The notes: a model not told the origin generated them from the sequence alone. A stretch of DNA of 51,842 nucleotides from Deltaproteobacteria bacterium (GCA_038042015.1 JBBTFC010000068.1:3851-55692); one strand, 5' to 3'. Shown: positions 33,934-41,427, numbered from the stretch's first letter. Made by a program: numbers and translations.

Positions 33934-35196
33934 TTACTGAGATAAAACCTCTCCGTCTTTAATCTCAGGCGGTCTTCTATTACGAATCATTGCGCCCTCG
34001 GGTATCTTTCCTTTTGGAACCTTATGACATTTAAAACAATCCGCAAATGTAAAAGCCACCCTGCTATGACATTCACCGCAATACCTGCCTTCAACATTGT
34101 ATATCATCCGCTCATCATTGCCGCCCAGTTCCGCTTCAAATATTTTGGGATGACATGTGGAACAATTATGCCACCATGAATGAACCTTATGATCAAATAA
34201 CACATTATTCGTACTCGGACTTACCGCCTCAAATAAAATGGCAGTTTCTCTTATCTCTTCCTTAAAATCTTTACTTAAAGAGGCGACCGGTTTAATAACC
34301 CTCATGTCTCTAAGTTTAATCCAGTCTATAAAACCAAATCTATCTAAAGGAATAGCCTTTCCAGGTATGTTCTCAATATTCCATTCAGCGCCCAGACGGG
34401 AGGCTACATCCTTAATCTTATTATGATCTACATGGCGGGGATCAAGCAATCTCTCAGCCTCAGGCTTGCCTGCTATATGACACTTCGCACACTGTTTATT
34501 TGCCCCAAAGGCAATTGTGTCATTATGACAAACCCCGCATTGTTTCCCTTCATTCATTTGACTATGGGATATATTGTTCGCCCCTTGTATTTTAATAAAT
34601 ATACCCTCATGGCAGACCTTACACTTGAAATATGTCCGATGTATCCAGTGAGGATAAACAACAGGCGAGAGACCACTGGCCGTCATCTGGTCCAAATGCT
34701 CTTTCAATACCAGATTGCCAATAAATTTCTTCTCCTTACTCCACTTATTAAGTTCCGTATTTATCTTCTCCCCTTTTGTTATCTCTACCCGCCGTAGATT
34801 CTGTATCTCTTCAAGAAGTTCTTTTCCTCCGCCATGCCAATAATCATACATAGACGCCATCCGCTCAGCAATATCCAAAAGGTATAGCCGTTCTCCTAAC
34901 TCCTTTGTCATTGCATCTTTGATAAGCGACTTGATTTCCCCTGGGATAATATCCTTATCTTTTTTAATTATAGTTACCAGCGCCTCAAACTGTAATGTCT
35001 CGCTTTTTTCTATAAATTCCTTACGAAAGGCGCTTTCTTCCGCTAAAACATCATTTCTCATAATAAGGAAAATGGATGTGTTTGTAATAAGGCATATCAA
35101 TAATATAAATGTAAATGATGTATAAAACTGCCATTGCCTCACAATATTTATATCATACATTATAATCCGTAAAGTACGGTAGAAATGATTCAGCAT
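33934..35196 (-). CDS. Membrane-anchored protein with two c7-type triheme modules (6 CXXCH)
   Basis: It has an N-terminal TM helix and a helical region. The modules are YPHWIHRTYFKCKVCHEGIF...CGVCHNDTIAF...CAKCH and FDHKVHSWWHNCSTCHPKIF...CGECHSRVAF...CFKCH. The start may be Met13 at 35160. Confidence 0.8.
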   Translation of the reverse strand: MLNHFYRTLRIIMYDINIVRQWQFYTSFTFILLICLITNTSIFLIMRNDVLAEESAFRKEFIEKSETLQFEALVTIIKKDKDIIPGEIKSLIKDAMTKELGERLYLLDIAERMASMYDYWHGGGKELLEEIQNLRRVEITKGEKINTELNKWSKEKKFIGNLVLKEHLDQMTASGLSPVVYPHWIHRTYFKCKVCHEGIFIKIQGANNISHSQMNEGKQCGVCHNDTIAFGANKQCAKCHIAGKPEAERLLDPRHVDHNKIKDVASRLGAEWNIENIPGKAIPLDRFGFIDWIKLRDMRVIKPVASLSKDFKEEIRETAILFEAVSPSTNNVLFDHKVHSWWHNCSTCHPKIFEAELGGNDERMIYNVEGRYCGECHSRVAFTFADCFKCHKVPKGKIPEGAMIRNRRPPEIKDGEVLSQ

Positions 35197-35206
35197 GCTT
35201 GGTGTG

Positions 35207-35236
35207 CTTATACTAAAATAATTATTATTTTGTCAA
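35207..35236 (-). promoter_or_regulatory. Sigma70-type promoter candidate for the double-triheme gene
   Basis: The minus strand reads TTGACA (35236-35231)-N18-TATAAG (35212-35207), about 10 nt upstream of ATG 35196. Confidence 0.4.
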
Positions 35237-35286
35237 GGTAAAATTTTTACCTTTCTCCAACCTATCTTTTACCATTCCTTATTTCT

Positions 35287-36369
35287 TTATTTCTTTAAAA
35301 ACTGCAAGCCTTTGCATCCATTTTCATTCCCCATATCACAGGCTTTCTGAAAATCCAAAATAGCCCTATCCTTTATACCTGTCATAGCGTATGCACTTCC
35401 GCGACTATTGTAAATATCAGCAAAATTTGGGTTTATACTAATTACCTTATTGTAATCCTCAATCGCCTTATCAGCCAGTCCTTTATAATGGTACGCAGTC
35501 CCTCGGTTATAGTATGCCTTGGCAAAATTTGGGTTTATAGCGATTGCCTTATTATAACCTTCCATCTCTTTGTCATACAATCCCTTATTACTGTATGCAA
35601 ATCCTATATTGTTATATGCCTCTTCAAAATTAGGATTTATAACAATTGCCTTATTATAATTCTCAATTGCGGTATCATACTGGTCTTTATCAATATATAC
35701 ATTTCCAAGACTATTGTAGGCATCAGCAAAATTGGGGGCTAACGAAATAAGAGAGGTATATGCCTTTACTGCACTGTCGTAATCATTGTTTAATCTATAA
35801 TAGTATCCTTTTTCAAACAATTCGTTTGCCTTAAATAATATCTCTTCATTTTTTATCTTTGCTTGCAATGGTTTTCTTTCCGTTATCTCTTTTATCTGTG
35901 TTAATTGTTTTTTTAATTCATCAATTGCCTTCTGACTTTTTTTGTAAGTCTCTATTATCTTCCTATACTCATCTATAACTGATTTTTCTTTGAGACTTAT
36001 TGCAATATCTTCAACATTAACCGCATTCACACTTGACATTACCTTAACCCAAAAGAGGGTACCGTCGCTTCCAATAGTTTTCTTCTTTTCTAACAGAGTA
36101 ATATTTATAAGTCCAAGAGACATAATTTGTTTCTCGTCCTCTGTCAATTTGATATTTCTGACCTTTAAGTACTCCTCCACATAAGGCATCGCCTGCTCAA
36201 CTATAGCCCTTTTTGCCTGAAGCAATGCCTTGCTTTCAGCAACAGATGCCTTTTCTCCCTCACCCATATTGTAAGTGCCTTCAGCAATAATCTCTTTGGT
36301 CTCTGCCAAACCCAATGAAGATAAAAACGAAATCATAACAACCATGATTGACATGATAATATATTTCAT
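35287..36369 (-). CDS. Secreted TPR-repeat protein with an N-terminal LPP20/FlgP-like segment (tentative)
   Basis: It has a signal peptide. The N-terminal AEGTYNMGEGEKASVAESKALLQAKRAIVEQA resembles the LPP20/FlgP pattern. The C-terminus has at least five TPR units (AYNSLGNVYIDKDQYDTAIENYNKAIVINPNF and similar). The start is at ATG 36369. Confidence 0.7.
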   Translation of the reverse strand: MKYIIMSIMVVMISFLSSLGLAETKEIIAEGTYNMGEGEKASVAESKALLQAKRAIVEQAMPYVEEYLKVRNIKLTEDEKQIMSLGLINITLLEKKKTIGSDGTLFWVKVMSSVNAVNVEDIAISLKEKSVIDEYRKIIETYKKSQKAIDELKKQLTQIKEITERKPLQAKIKNEEILFKANELFEKGYYYRLNNDYDSAVKAYTSLISLAPNFADAYNSLGNVYIDKDQYDTAIENYNKAIVINPNFEEAYNNIGFAYSNKGLYDKEMEGYNKAIAINPNFAKAYYNRGTAYHYKGLADKAIEDYNKVISINPNFADIYNSRGSAYAMTGIKDRAILDFQKACDMGNENGCKGLQFLKK

Positions 36370-36459
36370 AACTATCATCCTCTTTTTGGCGGGCGCTGCC
36401 GCCTCATTAACACCTCTGCTATTGTTTTATCAGGCGGGGTGCGGGTTTTACTCTACAAT

Positions 36460-37896
36460 CTATGGTTCCAATTGCAGCCAATGCATATTGGTCAATGTAT
36501 GCTTAGATGCCTTTTCTCCATTTGAACCATCCCAATTGGCAAATGTTACAGGTATCAATACATCTCGTTCAAATTGGAAATCATCATGTGTATTAGATGT
36601 TGTAAGACTCCTCCTCAAAATCACCTTCCATATACCTGCCTTGTATTCGCCGGTTCCTTTTATATTTATCCTGCCTGCATCTCTTATCTTTTCTGTTCCA
36701 AACCCAGTTGCATCTATCGTCTTTATTGTCTGAGCACCAGAGGTATTCCCAATACCCCAATACCACATCTCTACGCCCAGTGTTTTATCGCCATGTCCGG
36801 GATACGGCTGCTGAACAGCAGTCGGAGGCCCCACCCTTAACTGGATGGAAATAGCATCTTCAAAAGTCTCTCCTTCACCTAGTTTTTCTATAATGGGATC
36901 CCCTGGCACACTCTTTGTCCTGTCATCCCACTCTATTAAAAATGCTATCTCCTTTTCATTGAAAAGCACCCGTGCAGTCACAGAATCATTCGTTGGTCTG
37001 AATCCCCTTAATTTATCATTTTCAATGAGCTGCGGAAACAATTTAAATGCTGCTGAAGGTGTTTCATTCCATTCTGCTGCATTTACATCATTAGGCAACG
37101 GTGCCTTTATATATTTTGCCCTTAAAACAGTCTGTGGCGATACAGGCCTCTTTGCCTCATCTACAAGTGACTTCACATAATTGGCAACATGCCAACGTTC
37201 ATTTTCTGTCAACCCCTTTTCGTTCGCGAAGGACGGCATTTGTGTCCCGGGGATACCTACTGTCACCCTGGTAAAGATATCCTTTACATCATTCCCACCC
37301 CTGAATGTCCATGGCTTTGTCAGATTTCTGGGCCACTCCCTATCATCCCAGTCATCTCTCAATTTCTTCATACCATCCCCTTTCGCATTTTCACCATGAC
37401 ACTCATAACACTTTGCCTTTTTAAAAGCCTCCCTGCCTTTATTAACACTATCCACCGAATAAGGAATTTCACCCTTATAATCTACCACCCCGGATGCCTT
37501 CTCTGACTCAAAGACATCTGTAAACGACTTTATATACTCAATAACATCCCACCTCTCTTTATCTGATAATACTAACTTCCATGAAGGCATAGGCGTACCT
37601 GGAAGACCATTACTTATTGTTCTAAAGAGATCATCATCTGCTGCTATTTGCCCAGGAAGAGACCGCTTAAATTTAAATATACCACTTGTAAAATCCCTCG
37701 GCCTCACATTCGTGAATTGGGCAGCAAAACCATTTCCTTCTCCTGTTGCGCCATGACACCACCAGCATCTTACCTCGTAAATTTTCTTTCCTGCTTCTTT
37801 ATCACCCTGCTCAGCATATGTATATGACGAGAAAAGGATTACACTAATCAACAGCCAAAATAAGGCAAAAAAACATCTTCCCCATTGAATAAACAT
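36460..37896 (-). CDS. Diheme class I cytochrome c fused to an EB_dh/DOMON-like (ethylbenzene dehydrogenase gamma-type) heme-binding domain
   Basis: It has a signal peptide and two cytochrome c domains (CWWCHG...GTPMPSW; CYECHG...GTQMPSF). The C-terminal roughly 220 aa carry IAFLIEWDD, ISIQL, GIWKVILRRSL and FANWDGSNGEK...WLQLE, shared with 38629-39636. Confidence 0.7.
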   Translation of the reverse strand: MFIQWGRCFFALFWLLISVILFSSYTYAEQGDKEAGKKIYEVRCWWCHGATGEGNGFAAQFTNVRPRDFTSGIFKFKRSLPGQIAADDDLFRTISNGLPGTPMPSWKLVLSDKERWDVIEYIKSFTDVFESEKASGVVDYKGEIPYSVDSVNKGREAFKKAKCYECHGENAKGDGMKKLRDDWDDREWPRNLTKPWTFRGGNDVKDIFTRVTVGIPGTQMPSFANEKGLTENERWHVANYVKSLVDEAKRPVSPQTVLRAKYIKAPLPNDVNAAEWNETPSAAFKLFPQLIENDKLRGFRPTNDSVTARVLFNEKEIAFLIEWDDRTKSVPGDPIIEKLGEGETFEDAISIQLRVGPPTAVQQPYPGHGDKTLGVEMWYWGIGNTSGAQTIKTIDATGFGTEKIRDAGRINIKGTGEYKAGIWKVILRRSLTTSNTHDDFQFERDVLIPVTFANWDGSNGEKASKHTLTNMHWLQLEP

Positions 37897-37977
37897 CTCA
37901 AACCTCCATCAAATTTAGGTTGCCCTCATTTTATTCTTTAGATTATTATTTCCCCAATATCTATATCCTTTTGACTG

Positions 37978-38006
37978 GATATACTCCATCTTTAATAGTT
38001 TGTCAA
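37978..38006 (-). promoter_or_regulatory. Sigma70-type promoter candidate for the cytochrome c/EB_dh fusion gene
   Basis: The minus strand reads TTGACA (38006-38001)-N17-TATATC (37983-37978), about 75 nt upstream of ATG 37896. Confidence 0.5.
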
Positions 38007-38030
38007 GAAATTTTTGGTCTCTGTTGTTGC

Positions 38031-38075
38031 AAAGTGATAATGTCACCTTTTATTGCAAAGTGATTATGTCACCTC
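38031..38075. promoter_or_regulatory. Two tandem 19-bp 9-1-9 palindromes (AAAGTGAnnAnnTCACyTT), operator-like
   Basis: aaagtgataatgtcaccttt starts at 38031 and aaagtgattatgtcacctc starts at 38057. They sit 25-69 nt upstream of the -35 at 38001-38006. A third copy is at 38472-38490. Confidence 0.4.
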
Positions 38076-38134
38076 CATAAGGTTTAGGGTATCCTTCCTA
38101 ATTCAAATAATAACTAAATAACCAGGAGGGATAT

Positions 38135-38497
38135 ATGAATAAGGAGGCAGCCCGGTTGTTAAACCTTTCTGTAAGACAAAAAAAGGCTTATGCAGTCTTT
38201 TCTATCAAGGAGGAAAGAACGGTAATGGCTGATAATACCATCTCTTTTGAGAACCGTATATTCCAGATACTCCCGGACGATAGAAGATACTCTTATACAA
38301 AGGCAAAGGTATCTGTAGAGGTAAGACTGGATTTGTCAGTTCACATCAGATACAAGGATTACTATTTGAATGTCAAAGAACTAAAACCTGTTTATAAACC
38401 AGATAGGGTGTTAAAAACTCTACCGGAACCGATAACAAGATTATTACAAAAATACCCTGTCCAAAAACAGGAAAGTGACAATTTCACTTTGTATTGA
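38135..38497 (+). pseudogene. Internally deleted transposase (ISNCY/IS481-like integrase-type), possibly still translated
   Basis: The N-terminus MNKEAARLLNLSVRQ looks like the transposase HTH. It joins directly to a C-terminal beta-rich tail (RTVMADNTISFENRIFQI...VSVEVRLDLSVHIRYKDYYL). The DDE catalytic core is absent. A strong RBS (AGGAGGG) is retained. Confidence 0.45.
38472..38490. promoter_or_regulatory. Third copy of the 19-bp palindrome
   Basis: aaagtgacaatttcacttt matches at 8 of 9 arm positions. It overlaps the 3' end of the transposase remnant and lies upstream of the candidate promoter of the EB_dh paralog. Confidence 0.4.
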
Positions 38498-38515
38498 CAT
38501 TGCTCTCTTTTTTTA

Positions 38516-38545
38516 TTGTCTATCTCGATTTTTTTGCTGTATACT
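38516..38545 (+). promoter_or_regulatory. Weak sigma70-type promoter candidate for the stand-alone EB_dh-like gene
   Basis: TTGTCT (38516-38521)-N18-TATACT (38540-38545). A consensus TTGACA at 38494-38499 has no matching -10. Confidence 0.3.
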
Positions 38546-38628
38546 ATTTTTCGCTTTTTTAGCGCCGCCTCTATAGTTTTTAAGGAGTTACAAACACCCT
38601 TATTGGGGATAATTTCAAAAATGGACTG

Positions 38629-39636
38629 ATGAACATTATGAAGATAAAAATTCCTTCCATTAAACTCATTTTTATTGCCTTTTCTGTAATTTATTCCTTT
38701 GAAAATATTTTTGTATTATCGGGTTTCGCAATAGCCGCAGACATAGAAAAAGGAGAGATCCTTAGGTGCATCTATACAGAAGAACAGGCGCCTCAGGAGA
38801 TTGATAGCCCCGTATGGAACTCTGTTAAAGGATTAGCTATCAAAATGATGTGGCCTATAAATGAGGGTATACTGATGACCATGCGGGCAAATCTATCTAT
38901 CCTTGTAAATTGCGTGTTTGATAAAACAAGTATTGCCTTTCTGATTGAGTGGAACGACCTCACCCGCAGCGTAATAGGAGATGAAAGAATCCGTCTTTTA
39001 AGCGAAAATGAGGAATTATATTCGGATGCCGTGTCAATTCAGATACCCCAAGCGCCCATAAAACCAACGGATGAAGAAGGCCTTATTATTTTTGGACACA
39101 ATAGCAAACGGATACCAGTAAATATCATGCAATGGAGCGCAGGGACTGTAGAAAAAACAGACCTTGCAGCTATATATGATACCGATGCGGACGGCAAGAT
39201 TAATGTCAGGCCATCTCATGATAAATCAGGGTTTGCAGCCAGAGGTAAATATCTTGATGGGGTTTGGAAGGTATTGATAACCAGAGAGTTAAAAACATCT
39301 GACCCGGCTGATTACCAGTTCATTGGAACAACGCGTATCCCCATTGCATTTGCCGCTTGGGACGGCTCCAAATTAGAGAAAGGGTGGAGTCATGCTATTT
39401 CAAACCGGTACTGGTTGGTGCTTGAAAAACTTACAGCAGATATGGACATCCTGCAGAAGTTATATGCCAAGCTGTCAAGCTATCTTGTTTTAAAAAAGTT
39501 TGAGTTGCGGGATATAGAAAAACACAGGGAGGCAATACAACTCTGGGAAAAAGAGGCGCATACCTGGGATGCAAAAGATTTGCAAAAGGTTAAGGCATTG
39601 CTTGAATGGGCTGATTCTGATAAGTTGTCAAAGTAG
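38629..39636 (+). CDS. Secreted EB_dh/DOMON-like heme-binding domain protein with helical C-terminal extension
   Basis: It has a signal peptide. The motifs IAFLIEWND, AVSIQIP, GVWKVLITRELKTS and FAAWDGSKLEK...WLVLE are paralogous to the C-terminal domain of 36460-37896. There is no CXXCH. Confidence 0.65.
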   Translation: MNIMKIKIPSIKLIFIAFSVIYSFENIFVLSGFAIAADIEKGEILRCIYTEEQAPQEIDSPVWNSVKGLAIKMMWPINEGILMTMRANLSILVNCVFDKTSIAFLIEWNDLTRSVIGDERIRLLSENEELYSDAVSIQIPQAPIKPTDEEGLIIFGHNSKRIPVNIMQWSAGTVEKTDLAAIYDTDADGKINVRPSHDKSGFAARGKYLDGVWKVLITRELKTSDPADYQFIGTTRIPIAFAAWDGSKLEKGWSHAISNRYWLVLEKLTADMDILQKLYAKLSSYLVLKKFELRDIEKHREAIQLWEKEAHTWDAKDLQKVKALLEWADSDKLSK

Positions 39637-39787
39637 ATTGAAAAAGGGTTACTCTTGATTGCTGTAATGGTATAGGTTACCGTGCACCCTCTCCTATTTT
39701 TGTTACAAAGGCATCATAATAACTACCGGCATTCCCTCCTGGATAGGGGATTTGAGGGGGAAGTGGGTAGAATCTATGTATCAAAAG

Positions 39788-39821
39788 AGTCTGCGCCTGC
39801 TTGCGCAAGCAGGCGCAGACT
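39788..39821. terminator. 34-nt perfect palindrome between convergent genes (bidirectional terminator candidate)
   Basis: agtctgcgcctgcttgcgcaagcaggcgcagact forms a stem of about 15 bp. The flanking U-tracts are poor on both strands. Confidence 0.5.
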
Positions 39822-39866
39822 TAATCTTAATGCAAATGCAAAACTCAAGAAGAAAGAGGATTCCGT

Positions 39867-40259
39867 TTAGGAAGGCCCCTTACAGTTGCAAAGCTTACGC
39901 AAATGACCAACCATATCCTTTATCTCTTCCTCGGTAAGCGTCTTGCCCCAGGGCGGCATGAGGGCCGCCTTGTTCACTGATATGCCGCCGCCTGTTATGG
40001 CATTAATAACATCTGTATCGCTCAGCTTTGACATATCCTCTTTACTTGCATGGTTTCTTGGCGTAACCGACATCTCAGGCAGGTCTAAGCCAAATGTGCT
40101 TGGCTTTGCGTTTGGACCTGTGCCTGTGCCGTCCTTGCCATGACATTGCACACAGTAGAATTTGTAATTCTCTTCAGCGCTTGCGGCAAATACTGTGCCT
40201 TTTGCTATAAACACCGTTGCGCATATTAAAAATAGCCCTATAAAAACTGACTTCATCAT
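39867..40259 (-). CDS. Monoheme class I cytochrome c
   Basis: 130 aa with a signal peptide, CVQCHGKDGTG, and a distal Met region (ALMPPWG). Confidence 0.85.
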   Translation of the reverse strand: MMKSVFIGLFLICATVFIAKGTVFAASAEENYKFYCVQCHGKDGTGTGPNAKPSTFGLDLPEMSVTPRNHASKEDMSKLSDTDVINAITGGGISVNKAALMPPWGKTLTEEEIKDMVGHLRKLCNCKGPS

Positions 40260-40296
40260 TATTTTTATTCCTCCCTTCTAAATTTGTAGTCAAGTA

Positions 40297-40968
40297 CTAC
40301 CTCGGGCCAGTTACAAACCCGGCTAATGCCTTCATATCCTCGTCAGATATAATGCCCGCAAAATTAGGCATCCTCCTTACAGGCTTAAAGAGCTTGATAT
40401 CTTTAAGATAGGCATATACCCAGGCTCCATTAAGTCTTTTGTCGGCCTCGGAAAGATCAGGCCCGGTTATACCGCCTTTCTTCTTCCCTGCCTTATCAGG
40501 GAGAATATGGCAGGCTATGCAGCCGTATTGCTTGATAAATAGGTTCTTGGCTTTCGCTCCTCCCTTTTCTTCCACTGACCCTGGTACCACCTCTTTGGCT
40601 GTCAGTGTCATAAGGTAATCTCCCACCTCTTGAGCCTCAGCCTTTGAAAGGGCAGGATGTTGAATGGTATTTTTCTCTGATACAGAGTTATACGCCATAA
40701 GGCGGATAATAACCGGTTTCTCCAGCCATTCCACAAGCCATGCCTTTTTGAACTTACTTCCTGCGTACCATAATTCAACCCCTTTTTGCTTAAGCTTGTC
40801 TTCAAAGGTCTTTTCCGTTGCAGGGCCTTCTGTCTGATGGCAGCCGCCACAACCTTTGGCGGCAAATGTGCCTTTGCCATCGGCCAAACTAATACCCCTT
40901 GAGAGAGTAATTAAAAAAACAGCTAAAACCACTGCTGCTGCCAAGCTACCAATCCTTGATACACTCAT
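40297..40968 (-). CDS. Diheme cytochrome c
   Basis: 223 aa with a signal peptide, CGGCHQ and CIACH motifs, and a C-terminal RRMPNF motif. Confidence 0.8.
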   Translation of the reverse strand: MSVSRIGSLAAAVVLAVFLITLSRGISLADGKGTFAAKGCGGCHQTEGPATEKTFEDKLKQKGVELWYAGSKFKKAWLVEWLEKPVIIRLMAYNSVSEKNTIQHPALSKAEAQEVGDYLMTLTAKEVVPGSVEEKGGAKAKNLFIKQYGCIACHILPDKAGKKKGGITGPDLSEADKRLNGAWVYAYLKDIKLFKPVRRMPNFAGIISDEDMKALAGFVTGPR

Positions 40969-41063
40969 TTCTGAAACCTCCTTTTCTTTTTTTATCTCAC
41001 TGCTGCTGCCAAACTACCAATCCCTCTATATATTCATCCATGAAACCTCCTTTTCTTTTTTTA
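40930..41063. repeat. 69-nt tandem duplication of the RBS plus first codons of the diheme cytochrome gene
   Basis: The block cactgctgctgcca[a/g][g/a]ctaccaatcc occurs at 40930-40955 and 40999-41024. The block gaaacctccttttcttttttta occurs at 40973-40994 and 41042-41063. The distal copy creates a 14-codon uORF (41041-40997, MDEYIEGLVVWQQQ). Confidence 0.85.
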
Positions 41064-41065
41064 GC

Positions 41066-41094
41066 TATATATCCCAACTGCAAAAGTTTGTCAA
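41066..41094 (-). promoter_or_regulatory. Sigma70-type promoter for the cytochrome c pair
   Basis: The minus strand reads TTGACA (41094-41089)-N17-TATATA (41071-41066), immediately upstream of the duplicated leader. Confidence 0.55.
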
Positions 41095-41200
41095 GGATTT
41101 TATTGGCTGTGATTTAAGAATCAAAACCGGACTGTTTTTGAGAGATCTAAAACTTAAAACCGGACTTACAAGGAGGGCGAGCCAACAATATTTCCAATTT

Positions 41201-41285
41201 TGGCGGAGGGTGAGGGACTCGAACCCCCAAGGGCTTTCGCCCGCTGGTTTTCAAGACCAGTGACTTACCATTAGCCTAACCCTCC
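41201..41285 (-). tRNA. tRNA-Ser(UGA)
   Basis: The reverse complement is GGAGGGUUAGGCUAAUGG...CUGGU-CUUGAAA-ACCAG...long variable arm GCGGGCGAAAGCCCUUG...GGUUCGAGUCCCUCACCCUCCGCCA. It has a 7-bp acceptor stem and anticodon UGA. Confidence 0.85.
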
Positions 41286-41297
41286 GAAAGCAGCGAT

Positions 41298-41324
41298 CGG
41301 TGGTCAGTGGACAATGACCAGCGG
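41298..41324. repeat. Family B word hairpin in the tRNA-Ser(UGA) leader
   Basis: cggtggtca-gtggacaa-tgaccagcg uses the same GGTCAGTGG/CCACTGACC vocabulary as 12197-12270. Confidence 0.6.
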
Positions 41325-41355
41325 AAAGGAATTTTTATGGAAATTTTCACTCGGA

Positions 41356-41384
41356 ACTTTAACAAAGCTGATAACGCCTGTCAA
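41356..41384 (-). promoter_or_regulatory. Sigma70-type promoter candidate for tRNA-Ser(UGA)
   Basis: The minus strand reads TTGACA (41384-41379)-N17-TAAAGT (41361-41356), about 70 nt upstream of the tRNA 5' end. Confidence 0.4.
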
Positions 41385-41427
41385 TACAAACCAATTTTAA
41401 TCTTCTTTCTAATGTTCATTTACTTTT

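Larger units (their letters stand above)
38027..38497 (+). mobile_element. Decayed insertion-sequence remnant (collapsed transposase ORF bounded by related palindromic ends)
   Basis: The left end has two tandem copies of ttgcaaagtga[t/a]a[a/t]tgtcacc (38027-38047, 38053-38073). The right end has gtgacaatttcactttg (38475-38491), the inverted match. Between them lies a 120-aa ORF made of a transposase HTH fragment joined to a transposase C-terminal fragment. Confidence 0.45.

Noticed and set aside
38031-38490. Identification of the 19-bp palindromes as Fur, CRP or FNR boxes
   Set aside because: The half-site AAGTGA and the odd 9-1-9 geometry do not match FNR (TTGAT-N4-ATCAA), CRP (TGTGA-N6-TCACA) or the GATAAT-based Fur box. 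Only the generic operator/TIR interpretation is retained.
40608-40880. 90-aa minus-strand ORF inside the diheme cytochrome gene
   Set aside because: It is an alternative frame without heme motifs or an RBS. The main frame has a signal peptide and two CXXCH motifs.
41201-41285. Possible selenocysteine tRNA (long variable arm, atypical D-arm)
   Set aside because: The anticodon is UGA, which reads the Ser codon UCA, not UCA. The acceptor stem is 7 bp rather than 8. No selA/selB or SECIS context is visible.
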